The notes under the pieces are model-generated. The model had not been told where the DNA came from, did no database searches, and was given only the letters and a program-made list of their open reading frames with translations. The translations under genes and the position numbers were made by a program. Below, piece after piece: positions 48,556 to 61,117 of a stretch of DNA of 64,000 nucleotides. This DNA comes from Alloascoidea hylecoeti (taxonomy: Eukaryota), in contig BCKZ01000002.1 of NCBI GenBank assembly GCA_001600815.1, positions 889,725 to 953,724 on the forward strand. The letters run 5' to 3'. Numbering within the stretch: position 1 is the first letter of the stretch; every line of letters starts with the position of its first letter.

Positions 48556-50046
48556 GTTAGGCAGACCTATTGGTTCATCGAATAGAAAGAGTTAGAAGGA
48601 GCGACAATAAATGTAAAGAGAAGAATGAGAAATCAGAAGAAAAAGGTGGGCGGCCAAGGATCAAGATATATAAAAGTTGAAACAGGAGGTGTTTCACTTT
48701 TTAGAAATCTGCAATTGCACAAAATATTGAGATCGCCTGCAGAGTATACGTACCTAATACAAGAAACAACCAAGGAGAATGAAAGTTAAGAGGTAAAAAA
48801 GTTCAAAGGAGCGACTAAGGTGAGAAACAGGAAACAGAGGAATCGAAGGAAAACGGCAGGAGTTGAGGTTTAAAAGGACCAGTATTAATAGCAGATTTGG
48901 GCTGTTTATAAGCCCTCAGCAGCAGTAGGAGAGCCACGCCTGTGCCTGACAGCAAGAAGCATTCCAGAGTTATTGCTAGCTGCTCCCATTCTGGATTTAA
49001 TTCCATACCTGTTCATACCTGTTTATGTGTGTCTTGTATAAATTGCATACATAATTATGGGAATTATAATTATAGGCATGACACATGCCTTGCAAGCATG
49101 GCACTTCAAATATATTCGTTTTATGGCCACCCAGGCTCTGTCGCTGTCCCGGAAAAAATCTCCAGCCATCGGGTTGCGCAGGGAAAAGCCCCATCGGCTC
49201 GTTGCTGACCATGGCAAGCCCCCATTTATTATTATGCCATGCTATACACCTTCGCATGGCTTCCATCTTGAGGAAAGGCAACCATCGCCAGGGGCTCTCC
49301 TCTTGGAGAACTTCCCATCCCAAAGTTTCACTCACGTTTTTATGTAGGTAATATAATAGGTGTTGAGTTGCATATGCTCGCTCTGAGCTGAATATTATTA
49401 TTATAATCACATCATATATAATAAAGTTGGGCTTAACTAGTATTTCAACACTGATTTGTCTTACTTGCAACATTTTCTCATAAAACCTACTGAGACCTCC
49501 CTTAACATTTACTAATTTTGAAGATTGATCCTGATCCACATGTGTTCATGGGAATATTCATGTACTACTTTTCCTACTCAAATATAACGTTAATTGTATA
49601 TAGCTACACTGGTGTACTTGTGATAAATCGGCTCATTTTCAATTGGTGTATAGGGATATCAGATTCGAGATGATGTTTTACAGGTATTAGTGTTGTTCTT
49701 TGATTCTAATTATCGCCAGTAATCAATACTATAATAAATATATCATATAGCTACGGAAAAAGATCGTTTGATTTCAGAACTTGGTGCGAGAGTCTTCAAA
49801 CTTTACAAATCAGCTTCTCCCATCTATTCGTTCCCTAAACTTTAATAACAAGTATTTTATCCAAGGTATCAATATTTGCATAGACATTATAGTAATACGA
49901 TACCAATTGATTATTAATATCAAGAAACTTGCCATAATCATAGATTTATATCGATATCTCAAGGATATATTCTTATATCAACACCACGTGCGCAGCTGTA
50001 TTTATTTATCTCCTCATCTCCTCTTTCTTCTCGCCACGTAACTGAC

Positions 50047-53000
50047 ATGTCCTACTCAGTTCTGAATAATACTCCTGTGCCTCACAAAGTGGACTCAATC
50101 TACGAAAACAGATTGAGGCAATTCACCGACGAGGGCGAGTATCGCAATGTTAGTCTCCCCAAATTCTATGATAAAGCCCGTATAGACAATCAATCTCCAA
50201 AAAATGATTCCGACGGTTTTATAAAATTGGAGGTTTATTCCGTCCCTGGTTTAGATAGACCTTTATTTAAAGAGGCTATCAAAAATGCCACTTGGAGAGA
50301 TACACATAAAGGTGAATCTTTTGGTCCTTCTTGGTCTACCCATTGGTTCCGGATCCACGTTAAAATACCGGATTCTTGGTCCAAGGAAAAACAGATTCTA
50401 TTAAATTGGGATTGTAATAATGAAGGTCTCATTTTTACAAAAACTGGTCTTGCTTTGCAAGCTTTTACTGGTGGGAATGAAAGATCTGAATGGATTGTCC
50501 CTGAAGAATGGAGAGATGGTGATGTTCATCAATTTTATATTGAAACTAGTTGCAATGGTATGTTTGGAAATGCCAATGGAAGCACAATTCAACCACCTGA
50601 CCCTAATCGTTACTTTACTTTGAGTAAAGCTGATTTGGTGGTTCCTAATCTTGAAGCCCGTGCTTTACATATTGACTTTTGGATGCTTGGTGATGCTGCA
50701 AGGGAGTTCCCTGGAAATACATGGCAAAAACATAAAGCACGTCAAGTAGCTACTGACATTATGGATGCTTTTGATCCAAATGATGTTGAATCGGTTGCAA
50801 AATGTAGAGAAATTGCCAAAACTTATATAGGTTCGGAAATTGATTCTGACAAAGTTTACGATTCTAAACGTGCTATAAATCAACCAATTGAAGTTTATGC
50901 GCTTGGTAATTGTCATATTGATACCGCTTGGCTTTGGCCTTTTGCTGAAACTCGTCGTAAGATTGGAAGATCTTGGGTTACTCAATTGGATTTAATTGAA
51001 AGATATCCTGAATATCAATTTGTAACTTCTCAAGCGCAACAATATAAATGGTTACAACAAGATTATCCTGATATATTCGAAAGAGTTAAACAACAAGTTC
51101 AAACTGGTAGATTTATCCCCGTTGGAGGTTCATGGGTTGAAAATGATACTAATATGCCATCTGGTGAATCTATATCAAGACAATTCTTATTAGGTCAACG
51201 ATTTTTTGAACATTATTTTGGTAAAAAAAGTGATATCTTTTGGCTTCCTGATACTTTCGGTTATTCTGCTCAAATCCCACAATTATGTCGTTTAGCTGGA
51301 ATGGATAAATTTTTAACTCAAAAATTATCATGGAATAATATTAATAAATTCCCAAATACTACTTTTAATTGGGTTGCTTTAGATGGATCTCAAGTATTAT
51401 GTCATATGCCTCCATGTGATACTTATACAGCTTCTGCTCATTTTGGTGATGTTTCAAGATCTTTACATAATCATAAAAATTTAGCTGAAGATCAAACTGG
51501 TTTAATGGTATTTGGTCATGGTGATGGTGGTGGTGGTCCAACTCCTGAAATGTTAGAAAAATTAAGAAGGTTAAGAGGTATTTCAAATACTGTTGGTTTA
51601 TTACCAACTGTTGAATTAAAAACTAATGTGGATGAATTTTATAATAATATTTTAAAAAATTCAAATAATGGTGAAAAATTAGTTTCATGGATTGGTGAAT
51701 TATATTTTGAATTTCATAGAGGTACTTATACAACTCAAGCAAATACTAAAAAAGGTAATAGAGTTTCTGAAGTTTTAATCCATGATTTAGAATTTTTAGC
51801 TACATTGGCTTCAATTTCATCATCAACTTCAACTTCAACTTCAACTTCATCTAAAAAATATAAATATCCTAAAAAGGAAATCGATGCTTTATGGGAAGAT
51901 ATATGTTTATGTCAATTTCATGATGTTTTACCAGGTTCATGTATTGAAATGGTTTATGATGATGCTAAAAAAATTTATGCCCATTTACATGATAGATTAT
52001 CAACCTTAATTGATGATGCTTTAATTAATTTAGGTTTATTAAAACCTTCATCAATTGAATTTTCTGATCCAAATAAAAAAAAATTAATTGCTTCATGTGT
52101 TAATACTTATCCATGGCCAAGATCTGATATTTTAGAAATTCAACCTGAACAAGATTTTATAAATGAATCAAAATTTAAAATTCAAAATACAAAAAATGGT
52201 AAAAAATTAATTCATGTTTCAAGTAAATCATCAGGTATTATGAAAACAAGTAATTCTTCATTTAAAGGAAATGCATTAGTTTCAAAAATTGATGATAAAA
52301 CTTTTGTTTTACAAAATGGAAAATTAAAAGCAACTATTATTGGTGGTTTAGTAACAAGCTTATATGATCTAATTAATGATAGAGAAGTATTTGTTAAATC
52401 TGGTAAAACTAAAGGTGGTAATCAATTTGTTTTATTTGAAGATCAACCTTTAAGTTGGCAAGCATGGGATACTGAAGTTTATTCATTAGAAAAATATAAA
52501 TTAATTGAACAAGGTGATATCTCAATTTATGAAGATGGTCCATTACGTGCTTCAGTTATTGTTAATCAAAAAATTAGTGATGTTTCATCAATTAAAACAA
52601 TTATTTCATTAAAAGCATCACAAGAAGGTTCATTAGATGATGATTCTTCATATTTAGAATTTACAACTGAAGTTATTTGGCATGAATCTTGTAAATTTTT
52701 AAAAGTTGAATTTCCTGTTGATATTCATAATGATTATGCCTTATATGAATGTCAATTTGGTGCTGTGAGACGTCCAACTCATTATAATACATCATGGGAT
52801 GTTGCAAAATTTGAAGTTTGTTCTCATAAATGGGCAGATTATTCTGATTATAGTTATGGTGTTACAGTTTTAAATAATTGTAAATATGGGTTTTCAACAC
52901 ATGGAAATATAATGAGATTATCATTATTAAGATCACCAAAAGCTCCAGATGCAAATGCTGATATGGGAACACATACTTTTAAGTATGCAGTCTTACCCCA

Positions 53001-53499
53001 TAAAAATGGAATTACACCTAGTATTATTAAAACCGCTCATAATTTTAATCATCCATTACATGTTGTTTACACTAAACCTAGTGAAACTATCGAAGAAGAG
53101 GATGATGATGATGATGATGAAGGATTTAATCCAGTTTCAAAATTTGATGTTTTGAACTGGGTATCAATAAAAGGTGATGATAATTTAATCCTTTCAAATA
53201 TTAAAAGAGCAGAAGATGATTTTGAATTTTCGACATTGGAAGAAATTAAAAGTTCAAATCCTGGAATTATTGTTCGTGTTTATGAACCTTTGGGTGGTAG
53301 AGCTTCAGGATCTTTAGTAATTGATCAAACACATGGTCTTCCTAAAATTAGTAAAGTCACAAAGGTTAATATATTAGAAGATGATTTAGAAACCTTGGAA
53401 TTTTATGTCGATATTGAAGAGAAAGGTAAAGATAATATCATTATTCCGATCACTTTAAGAGCTTTTGAAGTAGCAACTTATAAACTTCTCATTGAGTAA
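50047..53499 (+). CDS. AMS1: Alpha-mannosidase (GH38, vacuolar/cytosolic)
   Basis: FGPSWSTHWF, GNCHIDTAWLWP, FWLPDTFGYS, GELYFEFHRGTYT, QFHDVLPGS. Confidence 0.97.
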   Translation: MSYSVLNNTPVPHKVDSIYENRLRQFTDEGEYRNVSLPKFYDKARIDNQSPKNDSDGFIKLEVYSVPGLDRPLFKEAIKNATWRDTHKGESFGPSWSTHWFRIHVKIPDSWSKEKQILLNWDCNNEGLIFTKTGLALQAFTGGNERSEWIVPEEWRDGDVHQFYIETSCNGMFGNANGSTIQPPDPNRYFTLSKADLVVPNLEARALHIDFWMLGDAAREFPGNTWQKHKARQVATDIMDAFDPNDVESVAKCREIAKTYIGSEIDSDKVYDSKRAINQPIEVYALGNCHIDTAWLWPFAETRRKIGRSWVTQLDLIERYPEYQFVTSQAQQYKWLQQDYPDIFERVKQQVQTGRFIPVGGSWVENDTNMPSGESISRQFLLGQRFFEHYFGKKSDIFWLPDTFGYSAQIPQLCRLAGMDKFLTQKLSWNNINKFPNTTFNWVALDGSQVLCHMPPCDTYTASAHFGDVSRSLHNHKNLAEDQTGLMVFGHGDGGGGPTPEMLEKLRRLRGISNTVGLLPTVELKTNVDEFYNNILKNSNNGEKLVSWIGELYFEFHRGTYTTQANTKKGNRVSEVLIHDLEFLATLASISSSTSTSTSTSSKKYKYPKKEIDALWEDICLCQFHDVLPGSCIEMVYDDAKKIYAHLHDRLSTLIDDALINLGLLKPSSIEFSDPNKKKLIASCVNTYPWPRSDILEIQPEQDFINESKFKIQNTKNGKKLIHVSSKSSGIMKTSNSSFKGNALVSKIDDKTFVLQNGKLKATIIGGLVTSLYDLINDREVFVKSGKTKGGNQFVLFEDQPLSWQAWDTEVYSLEKYKLIEQGDISIYEDGPLRASVIVNQKISDVSSIKTIISLKASQEGSLDDDSSYLEFTTEVIWHESCKFLKVEFPVDIHNDYALYECQFGAVRRPTHYNTSWDVAKFEVCSHKWADYSDYSYGVTVLNNCKYGFSTHGNIMRLSLLRSPKAPDANADMGTHTFKYAVLPHKNGITPSIIKTAHNFNHPLHVVYTKPSETIEEEDDDDDDEGFNPVSKFDVLNWVSIKGDDNLILSNIKRAEDDFEFSTLEEIKSSNPGIIVRVYEPLGGRASGSLVIDQTHGLPKISKVTKVNILEDDLETLEFYVDIEEKGKDNIIIPITLRAFEVATYKLLIE

Positions 53500-53673
53500 T
53501 TTTTACTCGATTTTTATGAATGATACGAAGGATTTGGGATTATGAAATAAGTGCAATGGTTTTTTTTAACACTTTAGGGGGATATGGATATATAAAAATA
53601 CTAATAAAATTAAAAGACTTTCGCTAAATTTAATACTATGAACTTTATATTTACCTATAAGGGATTATTATTA

Positions 53674-56600
53674 TTAATAATCCTTTAGATATTGTGCTAT
53701 TCTATCACTTAACAATAAAATAGATCGTAATTGTAAGTCTTGGTTTAAATTTAAATGCTCACTCTCTTTCCTTATGTCATGGCATAATAAATAATCATCT
53801 TTAATTGTAATTAAACATTTAATAAGATAAGTATCCTTACGTCGTAATGAATTTTCTTTTGTATATGATTCGAACCAATCGTTGTCATATTTATTTGGAT
53901 TAGAGCTTTCAGTATCCCCAATTAATTCATTAATATAATGTTCCTTTATACTAATGCCATCCTCCATACTATCATTATCCCTATTGTCATCATCATATTT
54001 AAAATCAAAGGTGATTATTAATGTTGTAATTATATTTAGTGTACAGTCTAAAACAATATTATTGTGATTAATATTTGTGTTTTCGTTATTTATTGATTGT
54101 AAATTATAAATTGTTGAAAGATAATATAAAACGACTTGTTTTGCACCAAGGTATTCAACCAAATCACTTAACGCATCATCATAAAACGGTAATTCAACTG
54201 ATGTTTCAGAATCATTTCCCTGTAAATCTCTCGCACTTGATACTCTTATTTGTGGTACTTGTAATTGTGATACTTCTAGATTCCATCTAACCAAAGAAGT
54301 TAATTGAACCCCTAAAACACTTAATATACCACTATCAGTATCATTAATTTGTCCTCCAATTATACCGATTCCCCCATCATTTGAATAATTTGGAGTTATC
54401 TTATGAGTATTTAGGAAATCAAATATTGAATTACTATTTATTGATCTTATACCAAAAGTATAATTTTTCGATACCGATGAACCAGGTACATATGGTTTAA
54501 AAACGTTCATTAATGAATCATCAATGATATTTGTGATTGAAGATGAAGATTGTGAATTAGGTGCTTCATTAGTACTATCGACTTGTGGTGATATATATTC
54601 AGACAATGCATTATAAATTTTTGGACCACAAATTGATATAACAAGTTTATGAATGTGTGGCGCTTCACCTGATAAATCAACTGGTTTAACTAAAGTTTTT
54701 ATAACTTGAACAACTAATTCTAAATCACTGTCATTTTCATTATTGTTGTTGTTGATGTTATTTTCAACCATTCCCGTATTTCCTTCATTATCATTATCAT
54801 GTAGGTTTCTGTAATTTTGCCACAGATAATTTTCTAACCATGATAACGCACCTAATATTGTACCTAACAAAAATGGTTGTAAAAAATATTCAAGACCACC
54901 TCTCAGAGTATCTAAATCTAATATTCTCCTTTTACATGCAATTAAAGCTTGTTGAAAGATAGTTGGTACTAAGGTAAAACATTGTTTTGCAGATGATAAT
55001 CTCATTAAATCATCACTTATACCACCAGCATCAAATAAAGCAGTTATCCATTCACCTAATAATTCATTGGTTGTAGAATCTAATGAATCAACTGAGTGTG
55101 TAACACTAATATTATTCATGTATTGTAAACAAAATGAAGAGGAAGATGATGTTTCGTTTTGTTTTAATTTTATATCTTCAGGTTGAATATTATATCTTCT
55201 GCAAATAAAAATTAATAATAAAAATATGCACCCAAAATCGGTATAAGTATCTTGAAAATTCATTTCTTCTTCATCATTTTTCCAATCATCTAAATATTTT
55301 ATAATTGGTTGTATTATTAATTGTGGAGAAACTTGTAAAACAATATAATCTAATGCTATTGGATTTAACCCAATTGCAAGACATAATTGTCGTAAATGAG
55401 AACTATCATCTCTAATAATAAATTCTTCAATTAAAGAAATAATTAATGTTGCAATTTCTAAATGTTTTGTACCTTCCATTTTTTCAATTAAACCGAAAAA
55501 AGTCATCAATCCGCTATCTTCCAAAGGTATAAATTCGGGATTAACATCAGAAGCAACTCTTAACATTTCATTAACAATTACAACATTACCATTATCATCA
55601 TAAAGCATATCATCTGTTTTGATTGATGAAGGATCAATACCAGCAGCATCTTTATCAAGGCATTCAATAATTGCCTTGGGTTCAATCAATTTTAAAGAAA
55701 TACATGCTTTTAAAAAATCATGTCTTATATCAGTAACTGTTGAAGGGAAAGCAGAAAACATTTCATCCAAATCATCACCACCCGCATTAACTCTTATGAG
55801 GTTTAAACTAATTGGATTTAAATTTGATATTGGTTTACATATAACAGATTTATAATTATCAGGTTTCAATTGAATTAATAATAGCGGCAACTTTTTCAGT
55901 ATGAAACCTTTCCATAAATTAAGTGATACAGTTGAGTTATTTTGATTTGATAATATTAATGTTAGGCAGTCAAATGAAGATATAACTAATTCAGTTGCAA
56001 TGATTTGATTATTTGCACCTTTTAAAAATAATTTAAAATGTTTTAAAAAATCATCATCATGAATATTCCACGAATACATTTGATTTAACATATAGATTAG
56101 TCTAGTTGCTCTTGTTGAATTTGAAGATTGTTGTTGTTGTTGTTGAGTCTTTGAGCTGTTTAAATTTAAACCAATTAAAGATGAAGTTGATGTTGAAGAG
56201 GAATTTGGAATTAAGTTATTTAATTCATTTTCTAATAAATAAGGTAGTGTATGATTTTTAGATTTCACTAATTGTAAGATTTTTGACAAATTGACAATAA
56301 ACTCATTGAATACATCATTTTGTAATTTATTTTCATTTTGCTGATATACAATTGTAGTAGATGAAGAAGATTCAGAGTTTTCATTATATAATTTAAATGA
56401 TTTAGCTAATTCTTGTAAATAAGTTGATATTGACATTATTAATGATTCAGACATAACGGAATGTAATGAGATCATGGTTTTGATATATGAATTTGTTGAA
56501 GATATAATTGCTTGGAAGTTATTAATTATTGGTGCTTGTAATAACGATTGAGTCGGTTCATTTGTATCAGATCCTTGCAAGCTTTGGTGTTGTTCTAAAG

Positions 56601-56916
56601 CAATTGTGAAGTTTCTAGATAAAGCCAATATGGCATTACTATGAGTTTGTTGAGATAACTTGGGTAATATTGTTAAAACAGACGGAAGTCCACATGATGA
56701 ATGGAATTCATATATTGATAACTCGGAAATATATAACAGTTGTAAAGGATCAAATATACCTGAATTATCAGCAGAGAATAAGATCTGGAACACAGAATCT
56801 TTTGTAATTGGCTCTTTCTGATCTAATTGATGGAATAGTTGACGAAATAAGGTGGTTGAGGTTCTTCTTTCCAGACATGTTCGTAATAATAAACGTAGAG
56901 TTCCATCGGAGTTCAT
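53674..56916 (-). CDS. NUT1: Mediator tail subunit Med5
   Basis: WKGFILKKLP, DEMFSAFPSTVTDIRHDFLKAC, QDTYTDFGCIFLL, WITALFDAGGISDDLM, TLRGGLEYFLQPFL. Confidence 0.88.
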   Translation of the reverse strand: MNSDGTLRLLLRTCLERRTSTTLFRQLFHQLDQKEPITKDSVFQILFSADNSGIFDPLQLLYISELSIYEFHSSCGLPSVLTILPKLSQQTHSNAILALSRNFTIALEQHQSLQGSDTNEPTQSLLQAPIINNFQAIISSTNSYIKTMISLHSVMSESLIMSISTYLQELAKSFKLYNENSESSSSTTIVYQQNENKLQNDVFNEFIVNLSKILQLVKSKNHTLPYLLENELNNLIPNSSSTSTSSLIGLNLNSSKTQQQQQQSSNSTRATRLIYMLNQMYSWNIHDDDFLKHFKLFLKGANNQIIATELVISSFDCLTLILSNQNNSTVSLNLWKGFILKKLPLLLIQLKPDNYKSVICKPISNLNPISLNLIRVNAGGDDLDEMFSAFPSTVTDIRHDFLKACISLKLIEPKAIIECLDKDAAGIDPSSIKTDDMLYDDNGNVVIVNEMLRVASDVNPEFIPLEDSGLMTFFGLIEKMEGTKHLEIATLIISLIEEFIIRDDSSHLRQLCLAIGLNPIALDYIVLQVSPQLIIQPIIKYLDDWKNDEEEMNFQDTYTDFGCIFLLLIFICRRYNIQPEDIKLKQNETSSSSSFCLQYMNNISVTHSVDSLDSTTNELLGEWITALFDAGGISDDLMRLSSAKQCFTLVPTIFQQALIACKRRILDLDTLRGGLEYFLQPFLLGTILGALSWLENYLWQNYRNLHDNDNEGNTGMVENNINNNNNENDSDLELVVQVIKTLVKPVDLSGEAPHIHKLVISICGPKIYNALSEYISPQVDSTNEAPNSQSSSSITNIIDDSLMNVFKPYVPGSSVSKNYTFGIRSINSNSIFDFLNTHKITPNYSNDGGIGIIGGQINDTDSGILSVLGVQLTSLVRWNLEVSQLQVPQIRVSSARDLQGNDSETSVELPFYDDALSDLVEYLGAKQVVLYYLSTIYNLQSINNENTNINHNNIVLDCTLNIITTLIITFDFKYDDDNRDNDSMEDGISIKEHYINELIGDTESSNPNKYDNDWFESYTKENSLRRKDTYLIKCLITIKDDYLLCHDIRKESEHLNLNQDLQLRSILLLSDRIAQYLKDY

Positions 56917-57157
56917 TCTTTATTTTATAACTATATTACTATGCTTTATGGTGAAGTGTTAACGTTGTTTTGTTGGAAATAAATGCATACAACTCCACGG
57001 CATTTAAGCTGAAATATGAAGTTTGAATGAAAAAGTATAAGATTAAATTATCAAATTTCGATATTTTTATGTTTATATTTTGTATTGTATATACTTATTA
57101 ATATTTGTATTTACATTTATAATCTATATACATATGCTCCAAACATAGACATCAACA

Positions 57158-58104
57158 ATGGTTTACTATGAATTCGAATATGACCGGACACAAACACAAA
57201 CACAGACTTTGAACAAAAATAGTCAATTATCATGTATACACAACAAAAATCAGAGAAATGTTAACAGAAACCGTGTTTTCAGTTCCGTGTCACACAAAGA
57301 CTCCGAGGAATCTCATCCTTTTGGGTTTCAACTTGAATGTACGACAGATTTAGAACTTTTCACTTAACATAAAAAAAAACTTAATTTTTTTAACTAACTT
57401 TCCTATATTCAGCGGTTGAAAAGGCTATCAATGATTTCTCTAGAAATTCACATGTCCACGCTTATCATAAAAGAACAAATAAACAAAGTAAGTGATAATA
57501 TATAAAAATATAAATATCTATAGATTTTGAGTCATATTTATAACTTTTATTAGACCAATTTAGGGGTAATAATCGAAAATTTCATCCACAGCCTTTTCTC
57601 ATGAATAGCAGAAATCAAATGAATAATGTTAACGGTAAAAACGACCTAAACTTGCAACTGAATTCAAATATCAAATTAAATATGATGAGTACGAAATTTA
57701 TACCATTTCAACCAATTACAACTTCATCTTTAACCCCAACCTCAATATCTTCTTCTGATTTTCAAAATGATTCCTTTTTAAGCAGCCTGTTTGACACCCA
57801 AGTTTCAAGTACTGGTGTTAATGGTATAAATGCAATTACCACAACATTTTCAGGGTTTCCAGTTCACAAATTTACTTCACCGTTACAAGAAAGTGATGCA
57901 CCACAGAAAAATTTATCAACTTCATCATTATTGTCTTCTATTTCTGGACCATTGACTGGACCATCGACTAGACGTGAAATATTAGATAATGGGAATATGT
58001 ATACGCAAAGTTTATCATTTTCCATGGAATCTGATGCTTCAATTTGGGGATTTAAAAGTGGTAATAACAATAGCGCAAGAACTAGAAGTGTTCATTTGTT
58101 TTAA
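57158..58104 (+). CDS. Hypothetical low-complexity protein; exons 57158-57338, 57413-57487, 57554-58104
   Basis: Introns GTACGA..ACTAAC..CAG and GTAAGT..TAG, both phase 1, fuse ORFs 57158 and 57601 into one frame. Confidence 0.65.
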
Positions 58105-58285
58105 TAGTTATGGTATTATTTATTTTGATGGTTAGTATAAAATAGAATTAAATGTGTATACTGATGTCTTTCTGTTATTATTTGTTTATAGTTGCCTAAG
58201 TTAACTACCAGCCACACATCCACACACCTTTCGAATAAAAACGCAAACCTCCGCTATTACTCCCCCCTTCATAAGAGTCGACAAA

Positions 58286-59308
58286 ATGGATGTCCGTGAA
58301 GAACTTGTTGAGTCCGCTGTCTCGTTCCTTGAGGACCCACAGGTCTCAGTGGCTCCTCTAGCTAAAAGAATAGAATTCCTAAAGTCCAAGGAACTTACTC
58401 AGCCGGAGATTGACGAGGCGTTGAAGAGAGCTTCTCAAGAAAGGAACCAAAATCAAAGACAAATAAATGCGTCATCATCATCATCCTCTTCACCATCTTT
58501 ACCTCCTCTACCTTCGTACGTAGACAATTATGGCTATCAAACTATGTCTCCTCCTCCTCCAACTGCTCAAAAATGGAAAGATCTATTCTTAATGGGTGCT
58601 GCGACTGTAGGTGTTGCTTATGGTTTATTCACAATCGTCAAAAATTATATAGCTCCTGCCATAATTCCTCCTTCAAAAGCTGCTATTGAATTAGATAAAG
58701 AATCGATCGATGAAGAATTCAGAAAAGTTGAAGCAATATTATATGAAATGAAAGAAGAATCGAATGAGATGAAAGAAGCAAGCGATAAAAGGGGTATGGA
58801 AGTGGATAAAACAATAAAAACTGTCGATAAAATAATTGATAGGGTTCAAGAAAAACATCAAAAGCAAGAAGACGATATGAAATTAGTGAAATCTGAAGTT
58901 GAAAATATTAAGACAACTTTAAGAACAACAACTGAACAACATCAAGATTTAATTACACATGAAATGAATTCTTTAAGATATGAGTTACAGACTTTAAAAT
59001 CCATTGTTGAACAAAAGGCTCGTGTTGCTGCTTCAAATCCTGGTATGGGTATGAATATGAGTATGCAGGGGAATTATCCAGGTGGCGGAGCCACCAGACC
59101 TATGGCAAGAAGTGTACCTTCTGTCGCTTCGATACCATCGGCAAGTGATATCCTAAACCGTAATAAGAATCCAACTGCCGCACCAATAACAACCTCTCCT
59201 GCTGTTGGAACGATAGTGACTGGTCCTAATACTCTATCCGCTACCCCACAAACTAATGCTCCCGCGGATGATGGCATCCCCGCTTGGCAAAAAGCTCTTA
59301 AAAAGTAG
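58286..59308 (+). CDS. PEX14: Peroxisomal docking protein Pex14
   Basis: REELVESAVSFLEDPQVSVAPLAKRIEFLKSKELTQPEIDEAL, PxLP, hydrophobic segment, coiled coil, C-terminal GIPAWQ. Confidence 0.95.
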   Translation: MDVREELVESAVSFLEDPQVSVAPLAKRIEFLKSKELTQPEIDEALKRASQERNQNQRQINASSSSSSSPSLPPLPSYVDNYGYQTMSPPPPTAQKWKDLFLMGAATVGVAYGLFTIVKNYIAPAIIPPSKAAIELDKESIDEEFRKVEAILYEMKEESNEMKEASDKRGMEVDKTIKTVDKIIDRVQEKHQKQEDDMKLVKSEVENIKTTLRTTTEQHQDLITHEMNSLRYELQTLKSIVEQKARVAASNPGMGMNMSMQGNYPGGGATRPMARSVPSVASIPSASDILNRNKNPTAAPITTSPAVGTIVTGPNTLSATPQTNAPADDGIPAWQKALKK

Positions 59309-60280
59309 AGCTCTTGATGTTGTTACTGTTATTTGTTGTCTATTGTTCATTACTTGTTTCATCAGTAATTTAAATCATTTATTGTGAAACTAATCCATTC
59401 TACATTTTATATAAATTGTAATCCTTATTATGCATATTAATCTCAATATTACTATAACCCCTTATAACCACTTTCATATTTGTCTCACTTACAAATATTA
59501 AACATTTGTAAACCTTCAATTGCAAAGATATACGTGAACATATTCAACGCAGATGTAAGATCTCACATTTTGCTTCCCTTTTATTGGCAACTGCCATTAA
59601 AGTTTTCGAAAACTCGATACTCGTTTGGGATTTTGCTAGGAACAAAGTCGATCGCAACTCTACTACCTCCACAACTAAAGTAGACTATTAATCTCATGGG
59701 AATTACTGGTAATATTAATAAGATACAAGATCTTAGATTGAATGACAAAGTCCACCAAGCTTTAGCTTATCTTTCAAAAAGTGATAAATTCTACTTAGTA
59801 GAAGAAGACTAAATTGTTAATCCATCTGTGTATTAATCAGACATATTCCAATTGAGGTCTTGCTAGGTGGAATAAGCGCTGTCAATGAAGTTTATATATT
59901 ATTAAACGATAATAAAGTTTCCAACCAAAAGATGGCTTTCAGATCATCCGAAACCAAATAAATCGATTCTGGTTGAATTTTTCGGATTGATTGGAATATA
60001 TGAATTGATCTTGATATAGAATAGATTAATTGTTATAATCTTAAGCTGAACTCACAATAATATGATACTTAATTATAAATGATTCAGATTGGTCCTATAT
60101 GAACATACAGTGAATTAAGAAAGCAATATAATTGAAGAATAAATCTAAAGAATACTATAACTGGAACTAATGTTTTCAACCTTCAGCTTCTTACAACTGC
60201 GTAACTAAATGTATGACAGCGTATATTTCAGCACACTACCATTTTTCACTGAAAATTCAAAATCTAAACCTCCTCCAACA

Positions 60281-61117
60281 ATGTCGTTAAAACAGATTTT
60301 TCAGTCACATACGCTGACTTCTCTAATACGACCTAGGGCCATTGTTCCCAAGGTATATTCACGTTCCATTCATCTTCCCCCTAAACTTCATAATCAAAGT
60401 AGTATGGAACAAAATGGTATTCCTGGTCTTTATTCCCCAAAAGGTTTTAAAACAGCTTGGACTGATTATCAAAATTATTTAACTTTCAAACTTACTCAAT
60501 TAACTGCTGATACTGAGAATGAAACTCGACATCCCTTTGCAATTGTCCTTAATACGGCCAAGAAGCAAACGCATACAACTGTTTTCAATATAGCATCACA
60601 GGCTCATAATAATCATTTATTCTTCGGATCTTTAACTTCACCAGAAACAAATGGAACCAAACCACACGGTGCTTTGTTATCTAGAATTACATCTACATTT
60701 GGTTCAGTTGAAGAATTTAGAACTGCTTTTTTACTTCAAGCAGATATTATGTTTGGAAATGGTTGGGTTTTTCTAGTTGAAGATAGCAGGAAAGCATTAG
60801 GCATAATGCCTTGTAATAATGCTGGAACCCCATATGATTTCGCAAGAAATCAATCGATTGATTTTAATGGTCCTATCAGTGATGTTGAAGCAAATCATTT
60901 TGCCTATTTATCTAAGGCCGTAAATGATCCAAATGTTAAAGATTGGACAATTCCATTATTAGCTGTAAACGTTTGGCAACATGCTTTTATGGACGATTAT
61001 GGATTTTCGCATGATGATAAAGGATATTCTGGGAAAAGCGAATATTTAAAAAACTGGTGGGATTCTATTAATTGGGATATTGTTGGAAATAGATTATACA
61101 CTCCAAAGGTTAAATAG
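60281..61117 (+). CDS. RSM26: Mitochondrial ribosomal protein mS42 (Fe/Mn-SOD-like fold)
   Basis: SIHLPPKL...QNGIPGLYSPKGFKTAWTDYQNYL, FNIASQAHNNHLFF, PLLAVNVWQHAFMDDYG. The ATG at 60281 gives a presequence-like start; an upstream in-frame ATG lies at 60209. Confidence 0.8.
   Translation: MSLKQIFQSHTLTSLIRPRAIVPKVYSRSIHLPPKLHNQSSMEQNGIPGLYSPKGFKTAWTDYQNYLTFKLTQLTADTENETRHPFAIVLNTAKKQTHTTVFNIASQAHNNHLFFGSLTSPETNGTKPHGALLSRITSTFGSVEEFRTAFLLQADIMFGNGWVFLVEDSRKALGIMPCNNAGTPYDFARNQSIDFNGPISDVEANHFAYLSKAVNDPNVKDWTIPLLAVNVWQHAFMDDYGFSHDDKGYSGKSEYLKNWWDSINWDIVGNRLYTPKVK

Noticed and set aside
48940..49540. Cluster of overlapping ORFs or possible structured ncRNA between the SUN gene and AMS1
   Set aside because: No RNase P/MRP, SRP or snRNA motif recognised. 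More simply explained as divergent promoter DNA.
60209..61117. Superoxide dismutase call
   Set aside because: The metal-ligand pattern is incomplete and the N-terminus resembles Rsm26.
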